A stretch of 64,000 nucleotides of DNA from Octopus vulgaris. Taxonomy: Eukaryota. The notes below the pieces were generated by a model, which was not told the origin of the DNA, searched no databases, and saw nothing but the letters and a program-made list of their open reading frames with translations. The position numbers and the translations under genes are program-made. This document shows, one piece after another, positions 1-13,603 of this stretch; within the stretch, counting starts at the first letter, position 1; every line of letters begins with the position of its first letter. The stretch lies in assembly GCA_951406725.2 (NCBI GenBank), contig OX597815.1:119350001-119414000 (forward strand), given 5' to 3'.

Positions 1-444
1 ATCTGTAATATTTTTCTTAGTTCAGCTAGTTGCAGGTTTCCCAGAACATTCGTCAATATTGACATTTTTTCAGCCATCTTGGAAACATCTGAACCACTCA
101 TACACTCCTCTCCATACACTTTCTGCAACTTTGAGTAGGCCTCTGAGCAGGTATTGCCATGACAACTCTCTCTGTCATAGTCAATGCAACAATCACATGC
201 TACACACCTTCCTTCCAAGCACTGCTGTAAGTAGCAGAAGTGAGCTAGAATGTTAAAACTTAGTGAGCATGCACAGCAGAGTTCGAAATAAATCTTTGCC
301 AAGCAGCTTTATTCTGCTTGCTTTAGCTTTGTTACTATGGCAACAGTCCGGATACTTATTGATCAGACCTCATACATGTTTTCCAAGATGTACCTAATTC
401 TTATACTGTGAATAGTAATAATAGTGATCATGATGATAATAATA

Positions 445-1260
445 ATCTTTCTACTATATACACAAGGCCTGAAATTTGTGGGGAGGGGATGAGTCGATTA
501 AATTGATTCCAGTATTTCACTGGTACTTATTTTATTGATCCCGAAATGCTGAAGGGCAAAGTCAACATTGGCGGAATTTGAACTCAGAATATAAGGAAGG
601 GCAAAATACCACTAAGCATTTCAGCCAGTGTGCTAACAATTCTGCCAGCTTGCTGCCTTGATGATAATAATAATGACAATGATAATAACAATAATAATAA
701 TCCTTTCTATTATTGGCACAAGGCCCAAAGCTTTGGAAGAGGGGACTAGTCAATTACATCGACCCCAGAATTTCACTGGTACTTAATTCATTGACCCCAA
801 AAGGATGAAAGGCAAAGTCAACCTTAGTGGAATTTGAACTGAGACTGTAGTGACAGGCGAAATACCGCTAAGCATTTCACCCAGTGTTCTAATGACTCTG
901 CCTTGATGATGATAATAATGACAATAATAATAACAATAATAATAATGATTTCAAATTTTGGCACAAGGCCAGCAATTTGGAGGGGAGGGGGTAAGTCAAT
1001 TACAGTGGCCCCAGTACTCGGCTAATACTTATCTTGGATGAAAGGCGAAGTCGACCTTGGCGGCATTTGAACTCAGGACATAAAAACGAATGAAATGTCA
1101 ATAAGCACTTTGGCCAGTGTGCTAACAATTCTACCACTTCACCACCTCACATAAGACTAATATTGGTTTCAAATTTCAGCACAAGACCTGCAAGTCCAGG
1201 GACGAGATGAATCAATTACATCAACCCCGGTGTTCAATTGGTACGTATGTTATCAACAAT
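445..1260 (-). mobile_element. Tandem array of 3 full and 1 partial tRNA-derived SINE copies (second SINE family) separated by (AAT)n
   Basis: Units of about 250 bp recur at ~445-660, ~700-905, ~945-1148 and ~1162-1260. Minus-strand head GGCAGCAAGCTGGCAGAATTGTTAGCAC has a B-box-like GAGTTCAAATTC. Same family as 50034-50238 (+). Confidence 0.8.
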
Positions 1261-1570
1261 CAAAGGATTTATTCTTTTCATTTTTTGACTCTCTTACTTG
1301 TTTCAGTCATTTAACTACAGCCATACTGGAGCACCACCTTTAGTCAAACAAATCGACCCCTGGGACTTATTCTTTGTAAGCCTAATAATTATCCTATCAG
1401 TCTCTTGTGACAAATCACTAAGACACAGAGACATAAGCACAGTAACATCTGTTGTCAAGCGAAGGCAGGAGGACACCAGACATAGGTGTTTGCACTCAAT
1501 AAACACACACAACGCCTGGTCTGGGAATTGAAACTGCGATCCTCCAACCACGAGTCCGTTGCCCTAACCA

Positions 1571-1934
1571 TATATAAGAATATTTTGCGTAATAAGATAA
1601 AAAACCAAGGCTGTATAAATATTAGACCATTTATCGATTGAAGGTCTTACAGAAGGATATTAGAATATTGCATATATACCATTATCCCTATAAAATGGAT
1701 TTACAAATTCAATACCCATACATATCTTACATCTATTTTCTTTTCTCCACACATTCTCTATTTTGTATCACATCGAAACTAACTAGGACTTAATTTTTCC
1801 TCTCACACCATCTCCGATGAAGGGATATTATTAATTAATATCCTAGAAACATCTGTAAGACCTTCTATCTATAAATGCTCTAATATCTATACAGCCTTGG
1901 TTTTTTATCTTATTATGCAAAAAATTCTTATATA
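1571..1934 (+). mobile_element. PLE-derived module with ~82-bp inverted arms and a degenerate hammerhead
   Basis: Arms 1571-1653 and 1852-1934 are reverse complements. CCGATGA(1814-1820)-GGATATTA/TAATATCC stem-GAAA-CATCTG-TA lies at the inner edge of the right arm. Confidence 0.7.
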
Positions 1935-2097
1935 CACACGCTGACATAGAACCAACGTTGAACCCTTTATTTGTCATATTACCAAATCTGGAACTTAACT
2001 ATGGTCTGTCTATAGCACTTATTCAGCATTACCTGACACCTTTGGGTCTCAATGACACCATTATCTCTTATATATATACATATATACATATATATAT

Positions 2098-2507
2098 ATA
2101 CTCTTTACTCTTTTACTTGTTTCAGTCATTTGGCTGCGGCCATGCTGGAGCACCGCCTTTAATCGAGTAACTCGACCCCAGGACTTATTCTTTTGTAAGC
2201 CCAGTACTTATTCTATCGGTCTCTTTTGCCAAACCGCTAAGTAACGGGGACATAAACACACCAGCATCGGTTGTCAAGCGATGTTGGGGGGACAAACACA
2301 GACACACAAACACACACACACGTATATATATATACATATATACGACGGGCTTCTTTCAGTTTCCTTCTACCAAATCCACTCACAAGGCTTTGGTCGGCCC
2401 GAGGCTATAGTAGAAGACACCTACCCAAGGTGTCACACAGTAGGACTGAACCCGGAACCATGTGGTTGGTTAGCAAGCTACTTACCACACAGCCACTCCT
2501 ACGCCTA
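2098..2507 (-). mobile_element. Full-length tRNA-derived SINE (dominant family)
   Basis: Head GGAGTGGCTGTGTGGTAAG...GGTTCAGTCC with A/B-box-like motifs, internal (TA)/(TG) microsatellite and GTAAAAGA-repeat tail. More than 15 related copies occur in the window. Confidence 0.9.
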
Positions 2508-3097
2508 TATATAACATAAAAATCTAAACAACTTTATTAATTCATTGTAAACTTTAAGTGTATAATTCCCTGTATTTGACATTTTAGTGATTTGCAATCT
2601 TAGCATTGAACTTGAACCCATTAACCTTCTATGTAAAAGGCTTTAACTTTGCGGTTGTTATAAATTAAGAATTCTAAATTATAAAATATCATTTAAATTA
2701 CCTTATTATTTCCACCAACATTCCACGTACATGGGGTGACCCTATGATCAATTAACTATTAACAATCCAACAGCTTATTTAAACAGTTAACTTAGGTTGA
2801 ACTTAAACTATTGTCCCCATTCCTTTTATATGAAAATGTTCATCCGATATAACATTGCAATTTTATGGAACTCTGCATTCTACTTTTACAAATATTTTCA
2901 TCTTTATTTGCACAAATATTCTATTCTTATGAATATTTTTCATTTTACAAAGATTTTTACAATATCTTTACAAAAGTTTTCTCAAAAATTATAACATTAT
3001 TTTGAAATGCTCCTATGCTCTGTAAGTAGATAATATTTTAAAATTATTCTTAAACTATTTTAAAACTATTTAAAAATATTTCAATTGCTTAATCTAC

Positions 3098-3180
3098 CAC
3101 TGATGAGGGAAATGTGGCCATTTGTATTGGTTGGAAGATTCACCCAATACAAATACAATTTCCTGAAATGATCGCAAGGA
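3098..3180 (+). ncRNA. Degenerate hammerhead ribozyme motif (PLE-type)
   Basis: CTGATGA at 3100-3106, long stem II (GGAAAT/ATTTCC; ATTTGTATTGG/CCAATACAAAT), then GAAATGATCGCA, compared with GAAACGATCGTA in the intact copy at 33815. Confidence 0.5.
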
Positions 3181-4039
3181 TATATACGTTATTATATACT
3201 ACTGTTCATTTAACTTCATCGTTGACTTGTAATATTGGAATGCTTGCCACCTAAAAGTTCTGATGAATCTACATATATGTATTTTGTATTCTCATGATTT
3301 ATATTTTAAGATTGGTTTGATACCATATATGAATTTTGATAAAGGAATTTGACCTATGAAAGTTTGTCCTCCACTTTACTATATGTTATTATTTGCTCCT
3401 ATAGAGCGCTAATTAGTTTCACTGCAGAAAAGGTTTTCCTTTATATTTTCCCTTCTTGCTCTGACTCCTACATCTTCTCTTCACTCCTACTCTCCTTCTC
3501 TCTTCTCTTCACTCCTACCCACCTTCTCCTTTCCCCCTCTCCCTTCATCGTCACCCCTCCCTTATAACCCCACCCCTACACAATCCAACCCCCCTTCCTT
3601 ATCCATCCCATCCCACCCCCACCCTATCCCTTACACCTACTCCTACACACCCCACCTCTACTCCCATCCTCAGCCTAACCCACATACCCCACCTCTACCC
3701 ACACCCCACCCTTGCTTTCCCCACTCTTGCCTCACCCAGATCCCAACACCACCACACCACACCACACACCACCACACCATACACCACCCTACCATACAAC
3801 ACCACATCACATCACACCACCATGCATACACTAGTACTGACCACTTCCCAGCCCAACACCATCATCCACACACCTACACATACACACATGCACACGTCAA
3901 TGTCATCAGCCCTCTTCCACATACACATATATGCTCTCTTATATACACGCATACTGCGCATCTTCATTTTGGGATCACCACTACTTTATTATCTCCCCTT
4001 CTTCCTAGCTCTCCTGTGTAACCCCTCTATCCAGCATTG

Positions 4040-4230
4040 ACCATGATAGATCGCTAGCCACTACACATTCGTTATTTTCTCTCCTTGTTTCTTTCTGTGT
4101 TCCTTTTCTGTGGAAGAGCGTAGGCTCAAAACGTTGAAGATTTTTTCACTTCCCGAGAATTAAACTAATACATTTGTTTGTTGTCTACACCACCTGTCTT
4201 CATCTTTTGTGTTTTTGTAAATTCACCCTT
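4040..4230 (+). mobile_element. Short PLE 3'-end family with minimal hammerhead-like core, ending in (TA)n
   Basis: CTGTGGA-AGAGC-GTAG-GCTC-AAAACGTT. Homologous copies at 19325-19520 (-) and 60172-60355 (+); a related copy at 24215-24420 has CTGATGA. All end at (TA)n. Confidence 0.6.
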
Positions 4231-4264
<34 letters not shown>

Positions 4265-4411
4265 TATATAAATTATGATTAAGGGTATCTAAGAGATACC
4301 TTTAATTATAATTTTAATCACAATACCTATTTTTTTATTCCCATGCTGACTACTTGATATGATTGGTATTTTAAATAATGATCTTATCCTTATTCAAAAA
4401 TTTATTTATGT

Positions 4412-4445
<34 letters not shown>

Positions 4446-5463
4446 TTACGATGGGCTTTTTCAGTTTCTGTCTACCAAATCCATTCACAAGGCTTTGGTC
4501 AACCCGTGGCCATAGTAGAAGACACTTGCCCAAGGTGCCACGCAGTGGGACTGAACCTGGAACCATGTAATTGGAAAGCAAGCTTCTTACCACACGACAA
4601 CTCCTGCACCTATAGGATGAAAGGGAAAGTGAACCCTAGTGGCATTTGAACTCAGAACATAAAATCGGAAGAAATGCTGCTAAGCATTTTTCCTTGCTTG
4701 GAAATGATTCTGGCAGCTCAACAGCTTACATAAGACTAATACTACGACATATTTTGAAAAGTTCTAAGCAATTTCCTAACACCATTTTTTGAAAATCTTC
4801 AGCCTATAGTGTCTGAGAATTAATGTTCTACAATATTTTGCTTATCAAGCTCTCCACTGTGTGTCAAGTGTTAGTAATGACCAGAGGGCGATCACATTTT
4901 TATGTACCCAATAGACTAACAGTCTAACAGCAAACAAATGTTTTATCAAACAATCAAGTGGCTTATCTCATACTCACAGCCACCTATGAAATATTATATG
5001 TTGAAGTGTGTGTATAAATAAGCAAGTAGGTGTGTAGTTTTGTATGTGCATGTGTGTTTGAAATTGCGCGTGTGTGTGTGTGCGTGCAATACACGTAGCT
5101 GCTCACATATATCTATACACTTGCTTGTACAGTTATACATACACTCCGTCTGAAGAAGAAAAGACATTTACTGAAAGCTTAAATAAATACTAGAACAATA
5201 TTTACTGAATATGGCTGTTCCCATCTTCTTTTTAATTAACACACAGACACACACACACACCCATACACACACACACAGATACACACACACACGCACTTAA
5301 AATATGTATAATTAATTAATTTATAATGCACTACTCAAGGTTTTTCCTTTTCTTTAATAATTTGAGATGCAAAGTATATCGTTTTCATAAACCTAAAGTT
5401 TAGCCTTGCAGTCAAATGTAAACAGAGGTTTTTATCTCTCTGTGAACAAAAACTAAAAAAAAA

Positions 5464-5502
5464 TCTAACTAGTTTCTGGTATTATTAAACCTTCATCAGA
5501 GA
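5464..5502 (-). ncRNA. Minimal type I hammerhead ribozyme motif
   Basis: Minus strand reads TCT-CTGATGA-AGGTTTAATAATACCA-GAA-ACTAGT-T-AGA: complete core, palindromic stem/loop III ACTAGT, 3-bp stem I, weak stem II. Confidence 0.6.
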
Positions 5503-7000
5503 ACGATTATCTGTCCAGCCACAGAGATATTTGTAGCATGTGGTTTTTTATAATATATAAAAACTCTAACTGAACTAAACTGGTATGTCTAATTTGCATA
5601 ACAGTACATATATTGACAATATAAATTAACTAATAAATGAATAATTTAATTAATACAGTACAATTCATTCACATTGCAGACTGTAAGCAAAATGGCTACA
5701 TCTTGTGTTATAACTCTCAATGGGCAGAAAAAGTATTGGTCTAACAAAGGATTTCTTAAAGACTTTGTCAGGTACAGATTTCCTATTTTCTGCACATGGA
5801 AACATTAGTAGCTTATAGCTGTATACTATAAAGTAGCTTATAGCTACTACACTATAGTAGGTTACAGCTATACACAATATATTATGAATTGACGTGTATA
5901 TAAGCTTTGACAGTACTAGACATAAACAACAGTACTTGCAGCACATTGTTTCCCAGATATGATATAACAACTTTATTTTATTAAATTTGCCATAAAGGCA
6001 GTAGATAGAGTAAAGTAGCTTGCGGGCTGGACACAGACATTAATGGGATGAATGATAATGGTACAAGGATGATAAGGATGTGAGAAGACAAAAAGCACCT
6101 GCCGACTTTTGCTTCTCTAAAACATTGTTCTTTTTAAAAACACTGAATGAGGTATTAACCCTCTTACAATTTTATTCCACTTTGTGGACTAAAAAGTCCA
6201 TTACAAATATAAACAATTTAATACACATAATAAGGCGATAAACCTATTACACAAATGAGTCACCAATCAACTTTCTTGCCTCCTGCAATATGATATAACA
6301 ACTTAGGACACATACTCAGTCACCAACCACCAAGAAAACAAGCAACTACAGAATCTCACATAATTACTCCTTTAAATTGCTCTACCTTGCAAGAGCAGAG
6401 GTAAGCAAAACAACAGCATCATAGTTGGGGCTGAAACAATTTGCCCTGAGCAAAACTTTTATGGGGGCATCTGCTGCCTAAGCCTGTATAGGAAACAGGG
6501 GCAGTGGAAACTCATGGGATACCCCAAGCAGCACACACTCGAGCTACAACACTGCTGAGCAAGTACAACAGATGTCAATGGTTTTGAACATACAAGGAAT
6601 ACAAAGAACATATTTAAGATGAGATGCAATGAGCATATATTTCACATAGGTTCAGAGATAAAACCAGTTCATTTTTAAAATTTCAATATTTCCAGAAATT
6701 AAGGGACTGGATTATCAAAAGCATTCTCATAATCTAGAACATCATGGATACAGTCATCCTGTAGCCCCACCCCAACACCCAAGAAAAAAATGTCATCCTG
6801 TATATCTGTCTGAGAAACTCCACATTCTGACACAACCATCAAAATTATTAGCTAAGAAATTTGAAATTTTACCATTTTGCCATCACACTTCAAGAATTTT
6901 AAAATATTTTTAGCAGAGCCCTTCCTTCTCCATGTCTGAACACAGCCAATTTTATTTTGATAGAAAGAGAGAAAGTGAAAACAGAGTATATATGAAAGAG

Positions 7001-7001
<1 letters not shown>

Positions 7002-7041
<40 letters not shown>

Positions 7042-7047
7042 CACTAC

Positions 7048-7097
<50 letters not shown>

Positions 7098-7150
7098 TTG
7101 ATAATAATAATAATAATCATAATAATAATAATAATCATAATAATAATCAT
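7002..7150. repeat. Compound (TAC)n(AAT)n microsatellite followed by a SINE head (7150-7320)
   Basis: Directly visible in the sequence. Confidence 0.95.
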
Positions 7151-7589
7151 AGGTGTAGGAGTGGCTGTGTGGTAAGTAGCTTGCTTACAAACCACATAGT
7201 TTCAGGTTCAGTCCCACTGTGTGGCACCTTGGGCAAGTGTCTTCTACTATAGCCTTGGGCTGACCAAAGCCTTGTGAGTGGATTTGGTAGGTGGAAGCTG
7301 AAAGAAGCCCATTGTATATATATATATCTGCCATGACTGTGATTTTGTTCAGCTTCATGGGTCTTCTTCTCAAGCATGATATAATGCCAAAGGTCTTGGT
7401 CATTGCCTCCGTGAGGCCCAAAATATTTTAACAATTTTTTTTATATATAATCTCTAATGATATTTAATTCTTAAAATATAATACGATTTTTTACACATTG
7501 AGTGGCAAAGATGGTTCATCGAAGTAAAATAGGAATCAAAGAGGTACACAGGACAAAAACGGATGAGAAACACTGCATTAAATGAAAGA

Positions 7590-8070
7590 ATACTCACAGA
7601 CTTTATAAAATGAAGCTCTTTAGTTTCCAATTTGAAGTCTGAACAAGACGGAAATTCCCTGCTGCCTGGTAACAATGGTTTCCATATTTTGGGATCAGAG
7701 TATTCTATACAACATTTCCAATAACTTTTACTGATTGGTATTAAGTAAAGCTTGAAGCAGTTTCTAGTTATAGATTAGAAGAGTTCAATCAAGTAAGCAG
7801 AAGCTAATGAGTTACTACTTTGGTAAATTTGGGTGATTAACACTGTATCAACCTTTCTTCTTCATGTTAGTTAAGTTCACTGAAACTGATATTTATTTTA
7901 TTATGGCTAGCTTTTTCCAGAAGTAGAATTATTCTTCCAAGTTCAAATGTGATATATTCATAGCTAATTGAAAACTATTTTATATTTTATTGATATGACA
8001 AGAGTGCAATCAGATGATCTGGTGCATTAGCTCTAAACTTATTAGAGTCTATATCAAGTCCACTGCTCTT
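7590..8070 (-). pseudogene. Possible ancient CR1/L2-type LINE ORF2 C-terminal remnant
   Basis: Minus frame 7774-7597 reads ITRNCFKLYLIPISKSYWKCCIEYSDPKIWKPLLPGSREFPSCSDFKLETK, resembling the TR...Y.gp.iWN.Lp......s...FK..lk terminus of CR1/L2 ORF2. GLDIDSN lies upstream. Confidence 0.4.
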
Positions 8071-8428
8071 ATTTCTGTGTTAACTTAACTGATTACTTCC
8101 TATAATTGCTCATGGAAAATGTTTCATTACTGTAAACTCATTTTAACTTAAGTTTTAAAGAATATTTGGCTTTGTATTTATTATTTTCAATGTTTACCTC
8201 AGAAATCTAATTGTTGTTCTGTTTCAAGCATCTGGCCTTTTTAATATAATCATAATAGGATGATGATGGATGCATGTGTGGCTCAGGGGTCAAGAAGTTT
8301 GCTTCCCAACTACATAGTTTCAGGTTCAGTTCTACTGCACAGAACCTTCAGTATGTGTCTTCTCTTATGAGTGGATTTGGTAGATGGAAAAGGAAGGTGG
8401 CCAGTTGTATGCATATGTGTGTGTGTGG

Positions 8429-8475
<47 letters not shown>

Positions 8476-9259
8476 CCCTTGTAGTAGTTGCAAACAAGCA
8501 TCACCATCTTACAAGTGATATCATTCACATCTGGCCAATGGAAAATATTATCTGGCTTGGTAACAAGTGAGGGTTGGCTACAGGAAGGGTTTCTGGCTAT
8601 ACAAAATCTGCCTCGGTGAATTCCATCTGAGCCATACAAACATGAAAAAGTTGATGTTAAGATGATGACAATGACAGTGATGACAACAACAATATTGATG
8701 ACAAAGATGGTGATATAGTAGAATGTCAGTGCTAGATGTTTTAGTCTAGCTTATTTACAACCTAATTCTTCTATGATCAATAAATGTGTACTGATGTGTT
8801 TGATTGAAGTTAATTACCTATATAAAATTGGTATTGAGATTGATCAAAGAAAATTAATATCATAAAAAAGACTGATCACAGAAGGTGAGAGTCCCTTAAG
8901 CTAAAATTGAGATGGTTTTAATTAATAATATTAAACTAATTTGATATTTATTCATAAATATGAAATATGTATATTGACTGTTTTGTGATCAATTCTTAGA
9001 AATAAACAAAATTCCTAACAGTTTTTGGTGTTAAAGATAATCTGTAAAAATAAAGGGTGTAACTTGAAAAGTTTTATGCAAAATTCCCAAAATTGTTAGA
9101 ATTTTGTTAAGTAAAATAGAGGCTGTGTGGTGGTCAAGAAGTTTACTTTTCAACTATATGGTATGGAGTTCAGTCTCATTACCTGACACTTTGAATATGT
9201 GCCATTTGCGAGTGAATTTGACAGAAACTGTGCAGAAACCTGTCATGTGTGTGTATATG

Positions 9260-9314
<55 letters not shown>

Positions 9315-9315
<1 letters not shown>

Positions 9316-9520
9316 CTCTTTTACTTGTTTCAGTCATTTGACTGCGGCCATTCTGGAGCACCACTTTTTAGTTGAGCAAATCGATCCTAGGGCCTTTTTT
9401 TTGTAAGCCTAGTACTTATCCAATCGGTCTCTTTTGCTGAACCACTAAGTTACAGGGATGTAAACATACCAGCTTCGGTTGTCAAGCGATGTTGAGGGGC
9501 ACACACAAACATATACACAC

Positions 9521-9592
<72 letters not shown>

Positions 9593-9745
9593 GACGGACT
9601 TCTTTCAGTTTCTGTCTACCAAATCTACTCACAAGGCTTTGGTCAGCCCAAGACTATAGTAGAAGACATTTGCCCAAGGTGCCATGCAGTGGGACTGAAC
9701 CTGGAACCATGTGATTGGTAAGCAAGCTACTTACCACACAGCCAC
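9315..9745 (-). mobile_element. Full-length tRNA-derived SINE (dominant family)
   Basis: Same head, body and tail as 2098-2507. Confidence 0.9.
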
Positions 9746-10018
9746 ATACATATACATATATATATATATAAAAGTAGATAAATGGTATATATGATTTCAA
9801 GAGATATATAATCCTGACAGTTACTGTGTTAACTCTTCAATCAGTTCTCAATGCCAGCTAGCCACAGTGAATGTTGGCGATACCCAACATTTGGTAAATC
9901 TGAATGTTCTTTCAAGGACTGCATAGTTTCTGTAATGCTGTAAATAACTGTATAATAAAATATAGATGTATAAATCTACGTTCTCCTGATCTATATATAT
10001 ATATACATTTTTTAAAAA

Positions 10019-10415
10019 TTCTTTTACTTGTTTCAGTAATTTGACTGTAGCCATGCTGGAGCACCACCTTTAGTTGAGCAAATCAACCCCCTGGACTTAT
10101 TCGCTGTAAGCCTAGTACTTATTCTATCAGTCTCTTGCTGAACCACTAAGTTATGGAGACATAAACACACCAGCATCAGTTGTCAAGCGATGTTGGGGGG
10201 ACAAACAGAGACACACAAACATATACACACATACATATATATACATATATATACAATGGGCTTCTTTCACAAGGCTTTGGTCAGCCTGAGGCTATAGTAG
10301 AAGACACTTTCCCAAGGTGCCACACACTGGGACTAAACCTAGAACCATGTGGCTGGTAAGCAAGCTACTTACCACACAGCTACTCCTGCGCCTATGCATA
10401 TTTATTGGATAATAA
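10019..10415 (-). mobile_element. tRNA-derived SINE (dominant family) with a small internal deletion
   Basis: Matches 2098-2507 but lacks the GTTTCC...AAATCCACT segment. Confidence 0.88.
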
Positions 10416-10891
10416 AACAAATGGTTTACACCTGGTAGCTTACTGGTAAAGCACTGTCACTTACACAGTGATCATATGTATATGGCAAATGAAAGACAGA
10501 AAATGGAATATATGAGTTGTTGAATGTTCCACCATGATGTGTCAAAACAATTGTTATGATTAATAAATTCTCGTATATTCCATCTGCCATCTTTCATTTG
10601 CCATATATATATATATAGGTTGCTTAAATATTTACCTCTAGAACTACTGAGAAACATACTGTGGTGACTGCTGAACAGGTAGGAAGAAAGAAAGATGACA
10701 AGAGCTGTGCCAAAAAACTCCTAATCAACAAAGCTGTCCTCTCAAGAAAGAAAAACAGCACTGTCAAAAGCTGTTGACTCTATGGCTCGACTATAAGGAG
10801 TTTGACTAGATATTATATTTAAGAGATATAAGACTTGTCAGTCTTCCTCATGGGTCCTGGCAAACAAAATGGAAAAGGTGTTGCCCTAGAG

Positions 10892-11426
10892 CAGGAGTCA
10901 CTAAACTTTTTTCATGGTGGGCCAGATAACTGTGAGAATGATTAGCAAGGGCTGCATAACCATTTTGTTCAATACAATGCAGTGAATACACAAAAAATAA
11001 AGACAACCAACATATTTATTTACCAGAAAGTTATCAAAGAAGGTGACATTAGCAATAAGATAGTTATATCACACCCAGTGTGCACATATCCAAATCTAAG
11101 CAGCAAAAAAGGTTAGTGAGATTTGTGAAACTGGTGTTTTAGCTTTTAAGATATCATCAATATTTGCTTTATAATTGCTGCATCCGACCGAGAGAATTGC
11201 TTCCAAATGTTCATCAATCAACCTCATTCAATGTACTGACTTCACATTCTTCGTTTTTGAAACTGTTTGCTCACAGACATAAGTTGTTCCAAACACTGGT
11301 GCCATACCAGAAGCAAATGAATTCTCATTGCAGGTACTTACACAAAAGATACAGTGCTGAGATGGGCTGGATGAAGTGACCTTGCAGGCCAGATCCAACT
11401 CATGGGCCATAGTTTGGTGACCCCTG
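10892..11426 (-). mobile_element. Internally deleted hAT (Charlie/Buster-type) DNA transposon
   Basis: TIRs CAGGAGTCACTAAACT and AGTTTGGTGACCCCTG; perfect 8-bp TSD CCCTAGAG (10884-10891, 11427-11434). Minus-strand remnant VFGTTYVCEQTVSKTKNVKS...RLIDEHLEAIL matches the hAT C-terminal dimerisation motif. Confidence 0.88.
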
Positions 11427-13603
11427 CCCTAGAGGATGACAAAGGAGATATCTGAAACAGCCACTCTGACTCATCGGGCTCTCAGTTTCTGATTACCAGC
11501 CCTGCCTTGATAGCAGTGAGCAGGAATGTAGTCCAGGAGCCAAGAATGCCAAAGGTCTCCACTGTCACAGACTCGATCACAAATCTTTCAGAGAGCTGTT
11601 GACACTTTGCCCTTCTCAGTTTGTCAAGCAGCAAAGCCTGAGCTGGTAGCTAAACACACCAGGTTGCTACAGGATGGAATAAAAAACATAATCAGTTTAG
11701 GTTTGATTATACCCCTGTAACTTAATGGCAGTTCAGCAAAAAATGTGACTGATAGAATGAAAAACAGGCTTAAAATAAATACAGGAATCAATTTTATCAA
11801 TCAAAATATCCTTTATGGCAATGCTCTTGCATGGCCACAAGCTAATGACTGAAACAAATTGATGAATAAAACAAAAGAATGACAGAGAAGAAATGTACCA
11901 CTATATTTTGAAATGGTCATTGCAAATCAGAATTTTTATAATAATGTTCTTGATTTTCCCTCCTAATGTATGTCTGCAAAATAGTATAAAGAATATAATT
12001 TATCCAGCATATTGCAGCATTTCATCCATCTTTAAATCCTGAGTTCAAATTCTGTCATGGTTGACTTTGCCTTTCATTCTTTCAGGATTGATAAAATAAG
12101 TACTAGTTGAGTACGGGGTTTGATGTAATCTACTCCCCTGTCCCCTACCACCAAAATTTCTAGCCTTGTGACAAAATTTGAAATCAATATTTTTTGGCTG
12201 ATATCAAATGTAGATATCTGATCACTGTTGCAATTTGCCATTGAAGAACATCTTTTAAAATCTACTATGAAAATACAATTATTTATTTCTAACAAACAAA
12301 ACCCTCAACTGATATGCTACCTCCATAAAAAAGCTTGATATATTACTGGTACTTGTTTTATCAAGCTTTGATGAACAAAAGACAATATAACTTACTTGTT
12401 TTGTTTTCTCATTACTATGTTTCGCATGTTAACCCGCTTAATAACTTTCACAGTTGTATTATAGCTGGGCCCTAAAATATTCTTACTAGTGCTCAATTAA
12501 TCTGTTAGTTTAATGGAACCTGTTAAATGCAAAAGAAATATCAATTCTGTTTGTCTTTGGATATTAGTGCAAACTTTTATGAAGAAAAGCTAAGAGGGTT
12601 TTCATAGCCAAGTCAGTCACCACAACAAAAGTATGTTCCATCATGGCATAACCTGGAGTTATATCATGCAATATATGGCACAAATGAACTAAGCATCCAG
12701 TAATCAATAATGGCTCAATTTCAGAACTATAAAAGTATTAATTACCAAAGCCTCCCATTCTTAATAGTGCCTGCCAGTCATATACACTTTTCATCTAAGC
12801 CCCATTAATAGGCTTGTAGTTGTTTTGTGTTTGTTTGTTCGTTTGTTTTTATGTCTCTTCAGAAAATTTTAGAATCAAGTTGATAATGGAATGTAGTATT
12901 TACTTCCTAAATTTAAGATTTAATTTAATATTAACATTTAGAAAAGAATTTTGTCTTTAGGTTAGGCTTGCTGACACAATCACTCTAAAATAAAGACCAG
13001 GTATCACCAGGTTTCAACAGAGAGTGTTATAGTATCTGTATACACATCTTAGTACTGAATATGTAGGGTTGGACTGGGTTTGGTCTCTTCAGTGAGATGA
13101 CACGGGATTAAGATATATGAATGAAAAAATTTTCCATTTATTAGTTTGAAAGAGACAGAGGAGGAATTTATAGAAGAGGATAAAGATAACTGAGTGACAT
13201 TTCTGTGACTAATACCTAAGTTCAGTTGCTTAAGTTTCATTGCTGGCAGGGATGGAATGGAGGTGGAAAGGGAGTTTCTGTGAGATGTACTTCTGGTGAT
13301 GCAAGATTAAGCAAAGTGCTTAGTTTGAAAGGTCTGGAAGGTGAACTGCATTAAAATTGTTTGAGGTAGGATATCAGGTGAATCAATCCCATTCTTTAAA
13401 TTATGGCTTAGTGTATAAGATTGATTCAGTAAATTACCAGGAGTAGAAGGAACTAGAGGGGTGGTAGCAGTAGAAAGAAATAAAGACAGATTGATAAGTG
13501 TGGAAGGTGTTAGTGAATGTGAAAAAGCTCATTAGCATTTTATTTGAAATCAGTTTGAAATGTGAATAGATGTGTAAATAGGAAACATCGCATGAGTACA
13601 CAC

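Noticed and set aside
2430-2507. tRNA genes at SINE heads
   Set aside because: A/B-box-like motifs continue directly into SINE bodies in many diverged copies; no full cloverleaf.
5665-5970. 101-aa minus-strand ORF
   Set aside because: TTG start, no recognisable motif, no splice support.
7454-7675. ORF with a GTGAGT donor-like site as a host exon
   Set aside because: No convincing acceptor; the peptide looks more like a decayed LINE C-terminus.
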